Source: Octopus vulgaris (lineage: Eukaryota). From it: a stretch of DNA of 64,000 nucleotides. The notes beneath the pieces are model-generated. The model made no database searches and had not been told where the DNA came from. It saw nothing but the letters and a program-made list of their open reading frames with translations. How positions within the stretch are numbered: the first letter of the stretch is position 1; each line of letters opens with the position of its first letter. Shown here in pieces: positions 41,973 to 52,639 of the stretch. The translations under genes were made by a program, and so were the position numbers. Location: positions 139,004,001-139,068,000 of the forward strand of contig OX597816.1 of assembly GCA_951406725.2 (NCBI GenBank). The letters are read 5' to 3'.

Positions 41973-43039
41973 AAAATCAAGTGAAAATAAAATAAAACAA
42001 GTGACATAAATATATATATATATATATATATATATTCGAAGCAAAGTGATAACGAAAGACAGACAGAAGTGAAAGCATGGCAAAAATAAACAAAAGAAGT
42101 AGCGCATGAAGGAGGGAGAGATGGAAAGAGTGAATCACAGAGTTGGAATAAAAAAAAAGAGACTATAAAAAAAGGAAATGTTTTGAAATGGTCAGTCTAT
42201 TAACACATAGATTGAAAAACACTCTAAATTGGAAAAATGAATATAAACACAAATATACAAGAATATAATAGTATGAGTGTATCATGATTTTACTTGTAAT
42301 GGAAACTACTTAGCAGACAAATGAACAAATATCCTGAACAAGTGTCAAAAGATCAAATGCATATATATATATCAGACTAAATCTAACGACATATTTTCAA
42401 GTACAAAAGTATAGATTGACACTGGTAGACACACCTACCCACATGCGGGTGTGGACACATAACACGAGCACCGGATACGTATACATATACATACATACAT
42501 GCATACATACATACATACATACATACATACATACATACATACATACATACAAATACGAACTTCTTATCAGTTCAATTATGCTTAGGCATATTTGAAACCC
42601 GTTCGTATGAAAGCCATTCATTGTATTTTGTCATGGAGAACATTGCTTACTCTAGACAAATAGGTGTAAACACACCAAGTCAGTTCGAAGCGCTATCTAG
42701 CTAGATTTGTGGATGCATGCATTTCGGAGCACTTTTCTCTTCCTCAGCATCAGATACCGGACAAGGAAAAACTATGACCTGACAAAGGATGGGTATCTCT
42801 CATTATATTCCTGTCATCGTACTCTGACTGGTTGCGCTAATCGTCGGATCACCAGAAATAAAATACGGAATGGAAGCGTTAAGCAGTGATGTGGTTAAAT
42901 AAAAACCTATCACCAGTTCAAATATGCTTGAGACATACTCAGACCTTAAAGAAAGCCAACCACTGTACTATGTAGTGGAGAAAAATTCTCGTTGTAGACA
43001 ACAAAATATGTGTGTGTCTATGTATGTATGTCTATGTGT

Positions 43040-43240
43040 GTATGTGTGTGTTTGTGCTTTTGTTTGCCCTCACCATCGCTTGATAGCCGGTGCCGTCTCT
43101 GTAATCTAGCAGTTCAGATCGGTAGAATAAGTACCAGTCTAAAAAAAATGGTGCTGGGTTAGAATTGTTCGACTAATTTCTCCAAAGAGGTGTCCTAGCA
43201 TGGCGGCAGTCTGAAGATGAAACAAATAAAAGATAAAAGA
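43040..43240 (+). mobile_element. 3' half of CORE-type SINE
   Basis: caccatcgcttgatagccggtg...agaataagtaccag...gcatggcggcagtc...aaacaaataaaagataaaaga. Confidence 0.75.
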
Positions 43241-43698
43241 ATAAGAGAAAGATGGTGTATTATGTTTGAAAAAGGAAGGGTTGCTGAAGTAAAAAGAGAT
43301 GCAGCGATGTGAGAGTAGATGCGTGAGAGTAGAATTGAAGATAGAATAAGAGATGAGAGAGTAAAAGATTGAGAAGACTTGCTGTTGATATATGGTGTCC
43401 CAGTTGTGGGTTAACTAGCATGCGAACCAATGAAAGCAACGGCCATTAGTTCTTATTAGAACTTCCTTCTGAAAGGTAAAATCGTATATAAAAAATTTCT
43501 GAGGTGTAGTTGATTTCCGATCGTCTTCACTTCAGTTGGAGTGAATAAAGTCCTGTTCTACACTTTATACGTGTAAAACGAATTCATACAGAAACTTCTT
43601 AGACTCTTGTGGGGATGTTTGCGCTGACCTACTGAACATAGGTGATCTTACTCGGTTCCGTGTTGACATACGCCATACATGTATATTATATATGTGTA

Positions 43699-44247
43699 TC
43701 TCTCTATATATAAACGGCAGTTTGTCTGTCTGTGTGTCTGTGTGTCTGTCAGGTTGTACCCTCACCCTGACCACGGCTTTCAACCGATTCTGATGAAACT
43801 AAACACACACATAGCCCAATGTCATAATTCAAAACTAACGCAGCGAAAATTTTGAAAAGTTCCCCCAGTTTTGAAAAAAATCGATAAATTCGACATGGGG
43901 TCGAGAATCTCAGCTTTTTATATGCAACACATTTTCTGTTGTAGTTTTCGCAACTTGCAATCAATTTTCACCAAACTCATGGTGAAGCTTAATGTTACCC
44001 TAAGAAACTTAATTCTGACGTTAGTTTTCCATGCAATACCATACCATCAGAAAAAAAATCGATAAAATCATGCCATTTTGGGAAATCGCGTTTCGCCCAA
44101 AGGGACAGCTAGGATCATCGTATACACAGAAGACATTGCAACATATACATGCGCCTTCGTTCCCTAAAGGGAAAAGACTAGATTGGGATTAGTCGTTGCC
44201 TACTAGGGGCTCTTACATACCCGGGCAACGCCGGGCTATGCTGCTAG
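43699..44247 (+). mobile_element. Non-autonomous Helitron (second family)
   Basis: A|TCTCTCTATATATAAA start, (TGTC)n near the 5' end, 3' hairpin CCCGGGCAACGCCGGG (44220-44235), then CTAG|T. Confidence 0.9.
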
Positions 44248-44337
44248 TATGTATATATATATGTATATGTATATATATATGTATGTATATGTATATATAT
44301 ATATATATATTATAATAAGATATATATATATATATAT

Positions 44338-44500
44338 ATACTTTTATTCTTTTACTCGTTTCAGTCATTTGATTGCAGCCATGCTGAAGCATAGCCTTTG
44401 GTCGAACAAATTTGTAGGCCTAGTACTAATTCTGTCTGCTCCTTTTGCCAAACCGCTAAGTTACGGGGTCGTAAACACACCAACATCGGTTGTCCCTGGT
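44338..44500 (-). mobile_element. 3' half of CORE-type SINE
   Basis: tactcgtttcagtcatttgattgcagccatgctg...ccgctaagttacgggg. Confidence 0.8.
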
Positions 44501-46149
44501 AGGTGGACAAACAGAAACAGGGAAGTGGTCAGTGCTAGTGTGTGTGGAGTGGGGGTGAGGTGAGATGTAGGGATGCGGGCTAGGGTTTGGGTGGGGTGGG
44601 AGTGGGGTAGCATGTTTGGTGGGGGTGTGCGTTGGGGAAGGGGATAACAATAGATGGATAAATATCCGTTCACTACAGCTGTATGCAACGAAATATTTTA
44701 TTGATGAAAAGCGATATCACATCATGTGAAAACAACCGTTTTCATCAGGTGAATATACACGGATTACACATTTAAAACATTCCAAAAGTCACCAGTAATA
44801 GTAAAAGTCACCTAGTAATAGTCAAAAGAAGTGAATGAGCCATTATCCATTTGTTGTCTACTGTTAAGTAATAAATAATCTAGAGAAATACTCAATACAA
44901 ACGTAGAGTACAGTAAAGTAAAGTACAGCACGGGCAAATCCAGTGGCCGCTTTCTCTGATGTCTCCACGATGTGCAACCGCTTTTTCAGACAAGTTAGAG
45001 TAGTACAAGTGCAAGCTTCTTGAATTACTGCTCTCCATTTTACACAGCCGATTATTCAAGCTTGCTGTGTAAATCACTTAAGCAAATCCGAAGACCGATA
45101 CCAGAGGGTCCTGTCTTTACATATGCAAACTCTAGGTACTGAATGCTTTTTACTTCGCTTCTAAGCCCAAACGTTTACTAGTCAACACACGCACGCACAC
45201 ACACACACACACACACATACACACACACACACATATATTTTGTGCGTATGTATATATTTAAATTGTATACACATATATGCATGCATATGTATATATAAAT
45301 ATATATGAAGATGTATGTATATATATATATGCACACACACACATATATGTATGCATGTGTGTATATATATATGTATGTTTATATACATACATATACATAT
45401 GTGTATGGGTATGTATATATATGCAAGCACAATATCTGTGTATGAATGGATGTATGTGTGTATGTATGTGTGCTTGTATACGTACGTAGGTATGCATGTG
45501 TGCACGCTCGTACGTACGTATGCTTGTATGTATGTATGGAAGCACAAATACATACACATCCACCTGTAGTAAAAGAGTAAACAATACAGCAATTCCTGAA
45601 GTCTAGTTTTCTGCTACCTTGCTTTTTTTCCTTTCTTCTTTCCTTTCTTTCATTCTTTCTTCCTTCCTTCCTTCCTTCCTTCTTTCCCTTCTTTCTTTCC
45701 TTTTTAGTTATATGATGCCTTACACAGATATTTACTTCCATTTATTCGTATATTTGTTGTTTGCTGATCCATTACATGTGTTGACAGATCTTGTAGATTG
45801 TTTGTGACACGATAATTCGTAGATTGTGTAGTGACACGATCAGACGTGAGGATATGATACAGACGATTAGGTACTACTGCCGTACCACACTACCATAGGA
45901 ATACGACGACTAGCTGTTGTCGTATACAAGAAAGTACATGCCTTCGTATATACATACATACATACACACATACATACATACATACATACATACATAAATA
46001 CATACATACATACATACATACATACATACATACATACATACATACATACATACACACATACATACATACCACTCATACATATATACATACATACACATAT
46101 ATACGTACACACATTCATACGTACGTATGTTTGTATGCATGTCTGTATA

Positions 46150-46444
46150 TATCAGGTCTCTTATGAGGGCTCTCATAAGTGCTACTGGTAACATGGAATC
46201 CAGTACAACCTGTTGCATAGTCGGGTTGCCGGCGACTAAGCTGGCACCACCACCAGGCTATCCTGGTGAGGAGGGTTGCTAGAAACTCAGCAGAGTGACA
46301 TCCTTGCCCCAACACTCTTTTCTTTGTACTTTGCTGCTGGTCTTACTCATGCCTTTTCTAAGGTTATCGCTGTGAGAATATGTCAGATATCGACTTCTCG
46401 CCGCCTCTTTAATCTGCGCCGATTTGCTGCCAATTCAAAAGTTT
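46150..46444 (+). mobile_element. Internally deleted RTE (BovB-like) LINE: 5' UTR module fused to an RT fragment
   Basis: The 5' module is shared with about 6900-7022(-) and 60262(+). It is followed by QQSDILAPTLFSLYFAA...RLFNLRRFAANSKV, which matches the RTE RT motif QGxVLAPTLF...FNLRRL. Confidence 0.85.
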
Positions 46445-47303
46445 GTATGTATGTATGTATGTATGTATGTATGTATGTATGTATGTATGTATGTATGTAT
46501 GTATGTATGTATGTACGTATGTATGTATGTATGGATGGATGCATGTATGTATGCATGTATGTATGTATGTATGTACGTATGTATGTATGTATGCGTTTAT
46601 ATAACATCACCACACACGCTACATACTACCATCGATACCACAACTACTACCACCTCCACCACCACTACCTTCTCCACCACAACCATCTCCACCATTAGAA
46701 CATATCACTACCACCGCATACCACTGCCTTTATATAGAGACGAAGGTCACCAAAATACATTAACATACCTCCATGGTAGTCGTCAACTACATCACCGATA
46801 CCATCACAATCATAACAACAATGTATGTAATGTATTTTCAACTACGACTTCATGTCTCTTTATTATATGCCCAAGTACAAAATTGTACTGGTGCCGATGC
46901 ACCTATCCAAACAACTTCCTCTAAAAATGTGAAAATTATACACGTCTAAGATTTCTATTTGGTAAATCATGCATAGTTAAACAGAATTTTTCCAACTTTA
47001 ACTGTTTACAGAATAAATCGCATTCTTTAAAATACTTCTTGCATTAAATGCTAATATTACATGAAATATGATATTTAAGTTTGAATTGTAAAAAAATTAT
47101 TCTTACATCCTTAAACACCATGTTTATTTATTTATTTTTATAAATATTTTCCCTATATAAACAATTACAGTTTTTGCATGGCATACAGAAAGGAGAGTAC
47201 CTCAAACGATTGACACTAAAATACTAAACAAGTGTTCTGTTCTAGGAAGGAAATAGAACATTAACGCAATGAAATATAGAAATTTTGAAGGGAAAGTTGA
47301 AAA

Positions 47304-48494
47304 TAGGGGTTGGACAAAATAATGGAAACACCTTAAAATTTCAAACAAATTTATTCTAATATGGGGTAGGATCGCCTTTGGCAGTAATTACAGCTTGAAT
47401 TCTACGATGTATGGACTCGTACAAAGTTTGAATTGTTTCCAAAGGAATTTTTATCCATTCTTCAGCTAAAACAGTCTCCAGTTCTTGTAGTGATGATGGT
47501 GGAGGATATCGACTTTTTAATTGTTTTTTTAAAATGCACCATAAATGTTCAGTAATATTGAGATCTGGGGACTGTGGTGGCCAACTAAGATGTTCAACTT
47601 CACTAGAATATTCCTCGTGCCATTCAGTAACAACTTTAGCTGTGTGAATTGGTGGATTATAATCATGAAAGATTGCGCTTCCCTCCGGAAACAGTTCCGC
47701 AACCATAGCAAGAATTTGATCAGATAAAATGCTTAAATAGTCTTCACTATTAATTCTGCCATGAAGGGAAACCATTGGGCCGGCGGATTTCCAAGATATA
47801 GCCCCCCTCCCCCGATCATCAGAGATCCTCCTCCATGTTTGACAGTTGAAAGAAGGCAGTCTGGGTCAAATGCTATATTCCACTGCTCTAGGGACCAATT
47901 CTGTAGGTTTTTACTCCACTGTAAACGCTCTGCAATTTGTGCTTTTGAAAGTAGCGGTTTTCTGATTGTAGCCCTCCCATGAGATCCGGCTTTGTGCAGC
48001 TCCCGGTGAACGGTTTTTGTGGAAACTGGGTTCTCGAGGTGGTCATTAAGCTCTGCAGTAATTTTGGGAGCTATACTTTTGTGATACTTTCTAACAATTC
48101 CGATGGTCTCTATCTGAAAGTTTTGGTTTTCTTCCGGAGTTTTGTTTCAAAGAGGGGTCTTTTCCTTCCTTCTTAAAGGCTGTCATTACTTTCGAGATAG
48201 TATAGTACTTCTTTTTACACCAAGCATTTCGGCTGTTTTCGTTACGCTAGCGCCTGCCATACGAACACCAACAATTTGACCTTTTTGAAAGTCCGATAGA
48301 TCTCATTTTAACGAATTTTAATTACCTTTTTCTGATGATATCTGAAAACAGACAGCAATTTTAGCAAAACATTAAGCAACACTAATAATAAATAACGAAA
48401 CATAAAAATAAACGAGCTTTTGACTTTTTTTATAGATATTTCAAGATTATGATGCTATGATGCTAGGTGTTTTCCTTATTTTGTCCCACCCCTG
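47304..48494 (-). mobile_element. Tc1-like transposon with ~30-bp TIRs; defective transposase (48306 to 47356) with DD36E-type spacing
   Basis: TIRs (C>T)AGGGGTTGGACAAAATAATGGAAACACCT / AGGTGTTTTCCTTATTTTGTCCCACCCCTG|TA. Motifs LSDFQKGQIVG, TVKHGGGS and WPPQSPDLNITEHLW are present. There are frameshifts and the first catalytic D region is deleted. Confidence 0.93.
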
Positions 48495-48511
48495 TATGTA
48501 TGTGTGTGTGT

Positions 48512-48581
<70 letters not shown>

Positions 48582-48647
48582 GTTAGATAGATACATATAT
48601 ATATATATAAGAGAATATTTATATATATATATATATATATAAGATAT

Positions 48648-48719
<72 letters not shown>

Positions 48720-48720
48720 G

Positions 48721-49025
48721 AAGGCGCATATCTCAGGAGTTAGAGAGTCGGACACACAATCATAAGGTAGTAAGTTTGATTTCCCGACTGGCTATGTGTT
48801 GTGTTCTTGAGCAAGACACTTTATTTCAGGTTGCTCCAGGTCACTCAGCTGTAGAAATGACTTGCGATGTTACAGGTGCCAAGCTGTATCGGCCTTTGCC
48901 TTGCACTTTGATAACATCGGTGGCGTGAAGAGGGGAAGCTGGTCTTCCATAAACAACCTTGCTCGGACTTGTGCCTCGGAGGGGAACTTTCTAGGGGTAA
49001 TCCCATGGTCATTTATGACTTCAAG
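48721..49025 (+). mobile_element. tRNA-derived SINE with Deu/Nin-like centre
   Basis: tRNA-like head followed by ttcttgagcaagacactttatttc...ctccaggtcactcagctgtagaaatga. The domain name is by recognition only. Confidence 0.75.
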
Positions 49026-49620
49026 ACGTAAATTTTTCCCTCCAAAATTCTGCCATGCGCGCCTTCTGTATATATATATATATATAAGACAAGGCATAAA
49101 TAATGGTCATCATTTTATTTTTCATTATTATAGAAAGTTTGACTTACAGCTGTTTCCAGTGGCCATTATAGGTTCGTTAGAAAATAAATTCTACTTTCGT
49201 CTGTCATTTCTGTTTATAACCCAGCAAAAACTGAAGGAATGGTACTGGCATGGCAAATGAGTGAAGAAAGACAACAAGAATCAGTATAAGGTAAGTAAGG
49301 ATAAGAGAGATAAAGAAGAAAGAGGAGCAGACGTGATGATTTGGAAAGAGACTAAAATAAAAAGAAGGAAGGAAAAGAAGAGAGGAAGGAATCGAATATA
49401 TATATATATATATATGTTTGGGGATGTGTATGCTCTTGTGCGTATATGTGAACGTGTGTTTATGCCTATAAGTAGATTGTCGTAAAAGTCTATTAACGCA
49501 TACCTAGGTATTTATGTATGTTCTGTGGGCCTATGCATGAGTGTATGTATGTATGTATGTATGCGTGAGTGTCTATGTGTTTGCATACATACATTTTCGT
49601 GTTGGTAAAGATATAAATAT

Positions 49621-49670
<50 letters not shown>

Positions 49671-50069
49671 AAGTATTTATATTTGTATATATCTTTCTTG
49701 ATAAGATTGATGCATAGCTGATCATAATTCTTCCTGTCGGATGTATTTTATTTAAATGCATCCATCGAAACATGGATATGAAGATATAAATGTTTTAATA
49801 GCTGTCTGAGCGTTTGTCTCATTTTTCAATTTTTCCTATATACATATATATATAGCTTTCGGATTCTGTTCTTATGGTAGTAACAATGGAAGACTGGTGG
49901 AAATATTATTTGTATGGACTTACAGATTGGTCGCTATTTAGTATATAATTTAGTTATTGTAGTTTTACAATTAATACCGATACAGATGTACATAGATTTA
50001 TGTGTTTCTTTAATTTGAAAGTTAGTGTTTAATTCTGCCTATATTTTGAGTGAATACTGTTGTACATAG

Positions 50070-51108
50070 AGTAAATATGTCTTCTGTTTCATAGCGTCGT
50101 CTGTGAAGTGGTACTGCCACGTCGCGCGTCTTTGTTTTGCAGTGCTTCTCCCTTGTTCAATATTTCTTTATTGCCCACAAGGAGCTAAACATATAGGGGA
50201 CAAACAAGGACAGAGAAAGGGATTAAGTCAATTACATCGATCCCCAGTGCGTAACTGGTACTTAATTTATCGACCCCGAAAGGATGAAAGGCAAAGTCGA
50301 CCTCGGCGAAATTTGAACTCAGAACGTAACGGCAGACGAAATGCCGCTAAGCATTTCTGTCGGCGTGCTAACGTTTCTGCCAGCTCACCGCCTTCTAAAT
50401 CCCCTGTCGATTTCTGTGATGGCTAAAATGAGGGGACATCCTGCTTCCGTGAAATTCTGTTTTCTGCTAGGGAAAACAGCTACCGAAACATTTGTCATGC
50501 TTGAAACAACTTATAAGGACACTGCCATGAGCAAGACACAGACCTTTAGGAATGGTCCTTTGTCGCTTGAGGATCGGCCTCGTTCAGCGACTGTCAACCT
50601 CCCAAACGAATGAAAACATCATGAAAATTTATGAACTGATCTTGGAGGACCGTCAAAGAACAATTGATGAATTTGTTGCTATGACTGGTGTTTCCTGGAG
50701 CTCTTACCAAAGAATTTAGAGAGTGGAATCGCGAATGAAAGGAGTTGCAGCATAATTTGTGCCTCGTTTGCTCACAGAAATCAAAAGCAGCCACGACTGA
50801 ATGCGTGTCGTGAGCTGAAAGAACTGTTGGAAGTTGATCGGGACCTTTTTTCGAAGGTCATCACTGGTGCCGAAAGCGGGTACTACGGAATTTGCACATG
50901 TCGAAGAGATGAAGAAAATAATGACGGAGGCGTTAAAAGGCACCACTTCGCAAGAGTTCCTACACTGCTACGAACAGTGGAAAATGTGCCTGGGCCGATG
51001 CATCGCTTCAAATGGAGAATACTTTGAAGGCAATGAAAGTGTAAACATGTAAAACTAAAGAAATAAAAGAATATTGCAAAATTCCAGTTTCTTTTGGGTA
51101 CCCCCTCG
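50070..51108 (+). mobile_element. Mariner-type transposon, internally deleted and interrupted by a SINE
   Basis: VKFCFLLGKTATET...LEDRPRS...FVPRLLT...VITGAES joins directly to the C-terminal QWKMCLGRCIASNGEYFEG. The right TIR is ...TTTTGGGTACCCCCTCG|TA; the left TIR is not seen. Confidence 0.9.
50163..50394 (-). mobile_element. Full-length SINE family A
   Basis: Near-consensus match to 14165-14393 and 24607-24838. Confidence 0.93.
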
Positions 51109-51499
51109 TATATGAGACACATACACTTGTCAATCTGATCCTTCCTTTTCCGACAAACTGGGAAGTACTAATATTGAGGATATTTTTCACTTTTATATGT
51201 TCGGGCTTCTCTTTCCATAAATAATAATCTATTTTGAAATTTCCTTCCAAAATTTATACTTTTCATTAGGTGAATGTTCTCTTTTCGTCTTAAAACTGGA
51301 GACTTGTTTACTGTTCAGTGCTATTGCTTCGTCATTATCTTCAAAGATTCTGTAAAGGTTATCCTTTCTTTATGCCATGCAAAATGTGTGTATACATACA
51401 TACATATACGCACATAAACATACATACACATACATACATACATGCACATACATACAGAGACGCACACACGCGCACACACACATATATATGTATATATAA

Positions 51500-51533
<34 letters not shown>

Positions 51534-51561
51534 GTATATATGTATGTATATATATATATAT

Positions 51562-52339
51562 GTATATAGTAAAGAAAAATAAGTTGGCTAGCAGCGAGCT
51601 GTTTCGCCTCATACCGAAGGAATTAGAAATGGCAGTCAAAGACCGTTTTTTCCATTTCTATAAGTGGAGATTCCAAAAACGAAGGCCCTTGCGGCTCACA
51701 TACACAAAACCGGAGTGGCAAATATACGAATTCAGTCACTTACCGTTAATAGCGAACACGGTGTTTCTGGATCACAAACATAAAAAAAGGGGAGTTTGAA
51801 TTCCTTCTTCAGCGCTATATTCGTTAGCTTTATCAAATGCCACCAGCCCTCACTTCTGACCCAGCGACATCAGATAGTGGGGGAAGTGCGCAGATGCTAA
51901 AACCAAGTAACGACTGGGAACGTAAATTTTCCCTCCAAAATTCTGCCATGCGCGCCTTCTGGGTAATCGTAATGGAATGAGGAATCCACATGGTAATACA
52001 ATAAAAATGGTAAATAATTTTCCTGTGGTTTTTCATGTAACCAACAATTATTTATCGGTAAATTTCGGTATGTAAATACGACAAAATAATTGTCAAGACC
52101 TTTGTAAGGTTCAGTATATAGTAAAGAAAAATAAGTTGGCTAGCAGCGAGCTGTTTCGCCTCATACCGAAGGAATTAGAAATGGCAGTCAAAGACCGTTT
52201 TTTCCATTTCTATAAGTGGAGATTCCAAAAACGAAGGCCCTTGCGGCTCACATACACAAAACCGGAGTGGCAAATATACGAATTCAGTCACTTACCGTTA
52301 ATAGCGAACACGGTGTTTCTGGATCACAAACATAAAAAA
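51562..52339. repeat. Non-coding element with identical 226-bp direct terminal repeats (period 552 bp) inserted in (TA)n
   Basis: 51562-51787 equals 52114-52339 by eye, with a 326-bp unique spacer. There are no canonical TG..CA/PBS/PPT features. Confidence 0.9.
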
Positions 52340-52384
52340 TATATATATATATACATATATATACATATATATACATATATATAT

Positions 52385-52472
<88 letters not shown>

Positions 52473-52587
52473 CATACATATATATTTGTATCTCTCTCTC
52501 TCTCTCTCTGACTCACTAATTCTCTTTCTATCTCTCTATATACATATATACGCATATATATATATGAATATATATACATACATATAC

Positions 52588-52639
<52 letters not shown>

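Noticed and set aside
44892-45077. AVAHRGDIRESGHW resembling a USP peptidase His box
   Set aside because: A short isolated match with no other USP motifs or clear exon boundaries. Another frame (TSWR) and the (ACTTT)n-like end fit a decayed LINE 3' end equally well.
51562-52339. Canonical LTR/TRIM retrotransposon, or a real 70-110-aa ORF in the repeats
   Set aside because: There is no consistent TG...CA, PBS or correctly placed PPT, and the ORFs extend from TA repeats with no recognisable domain.
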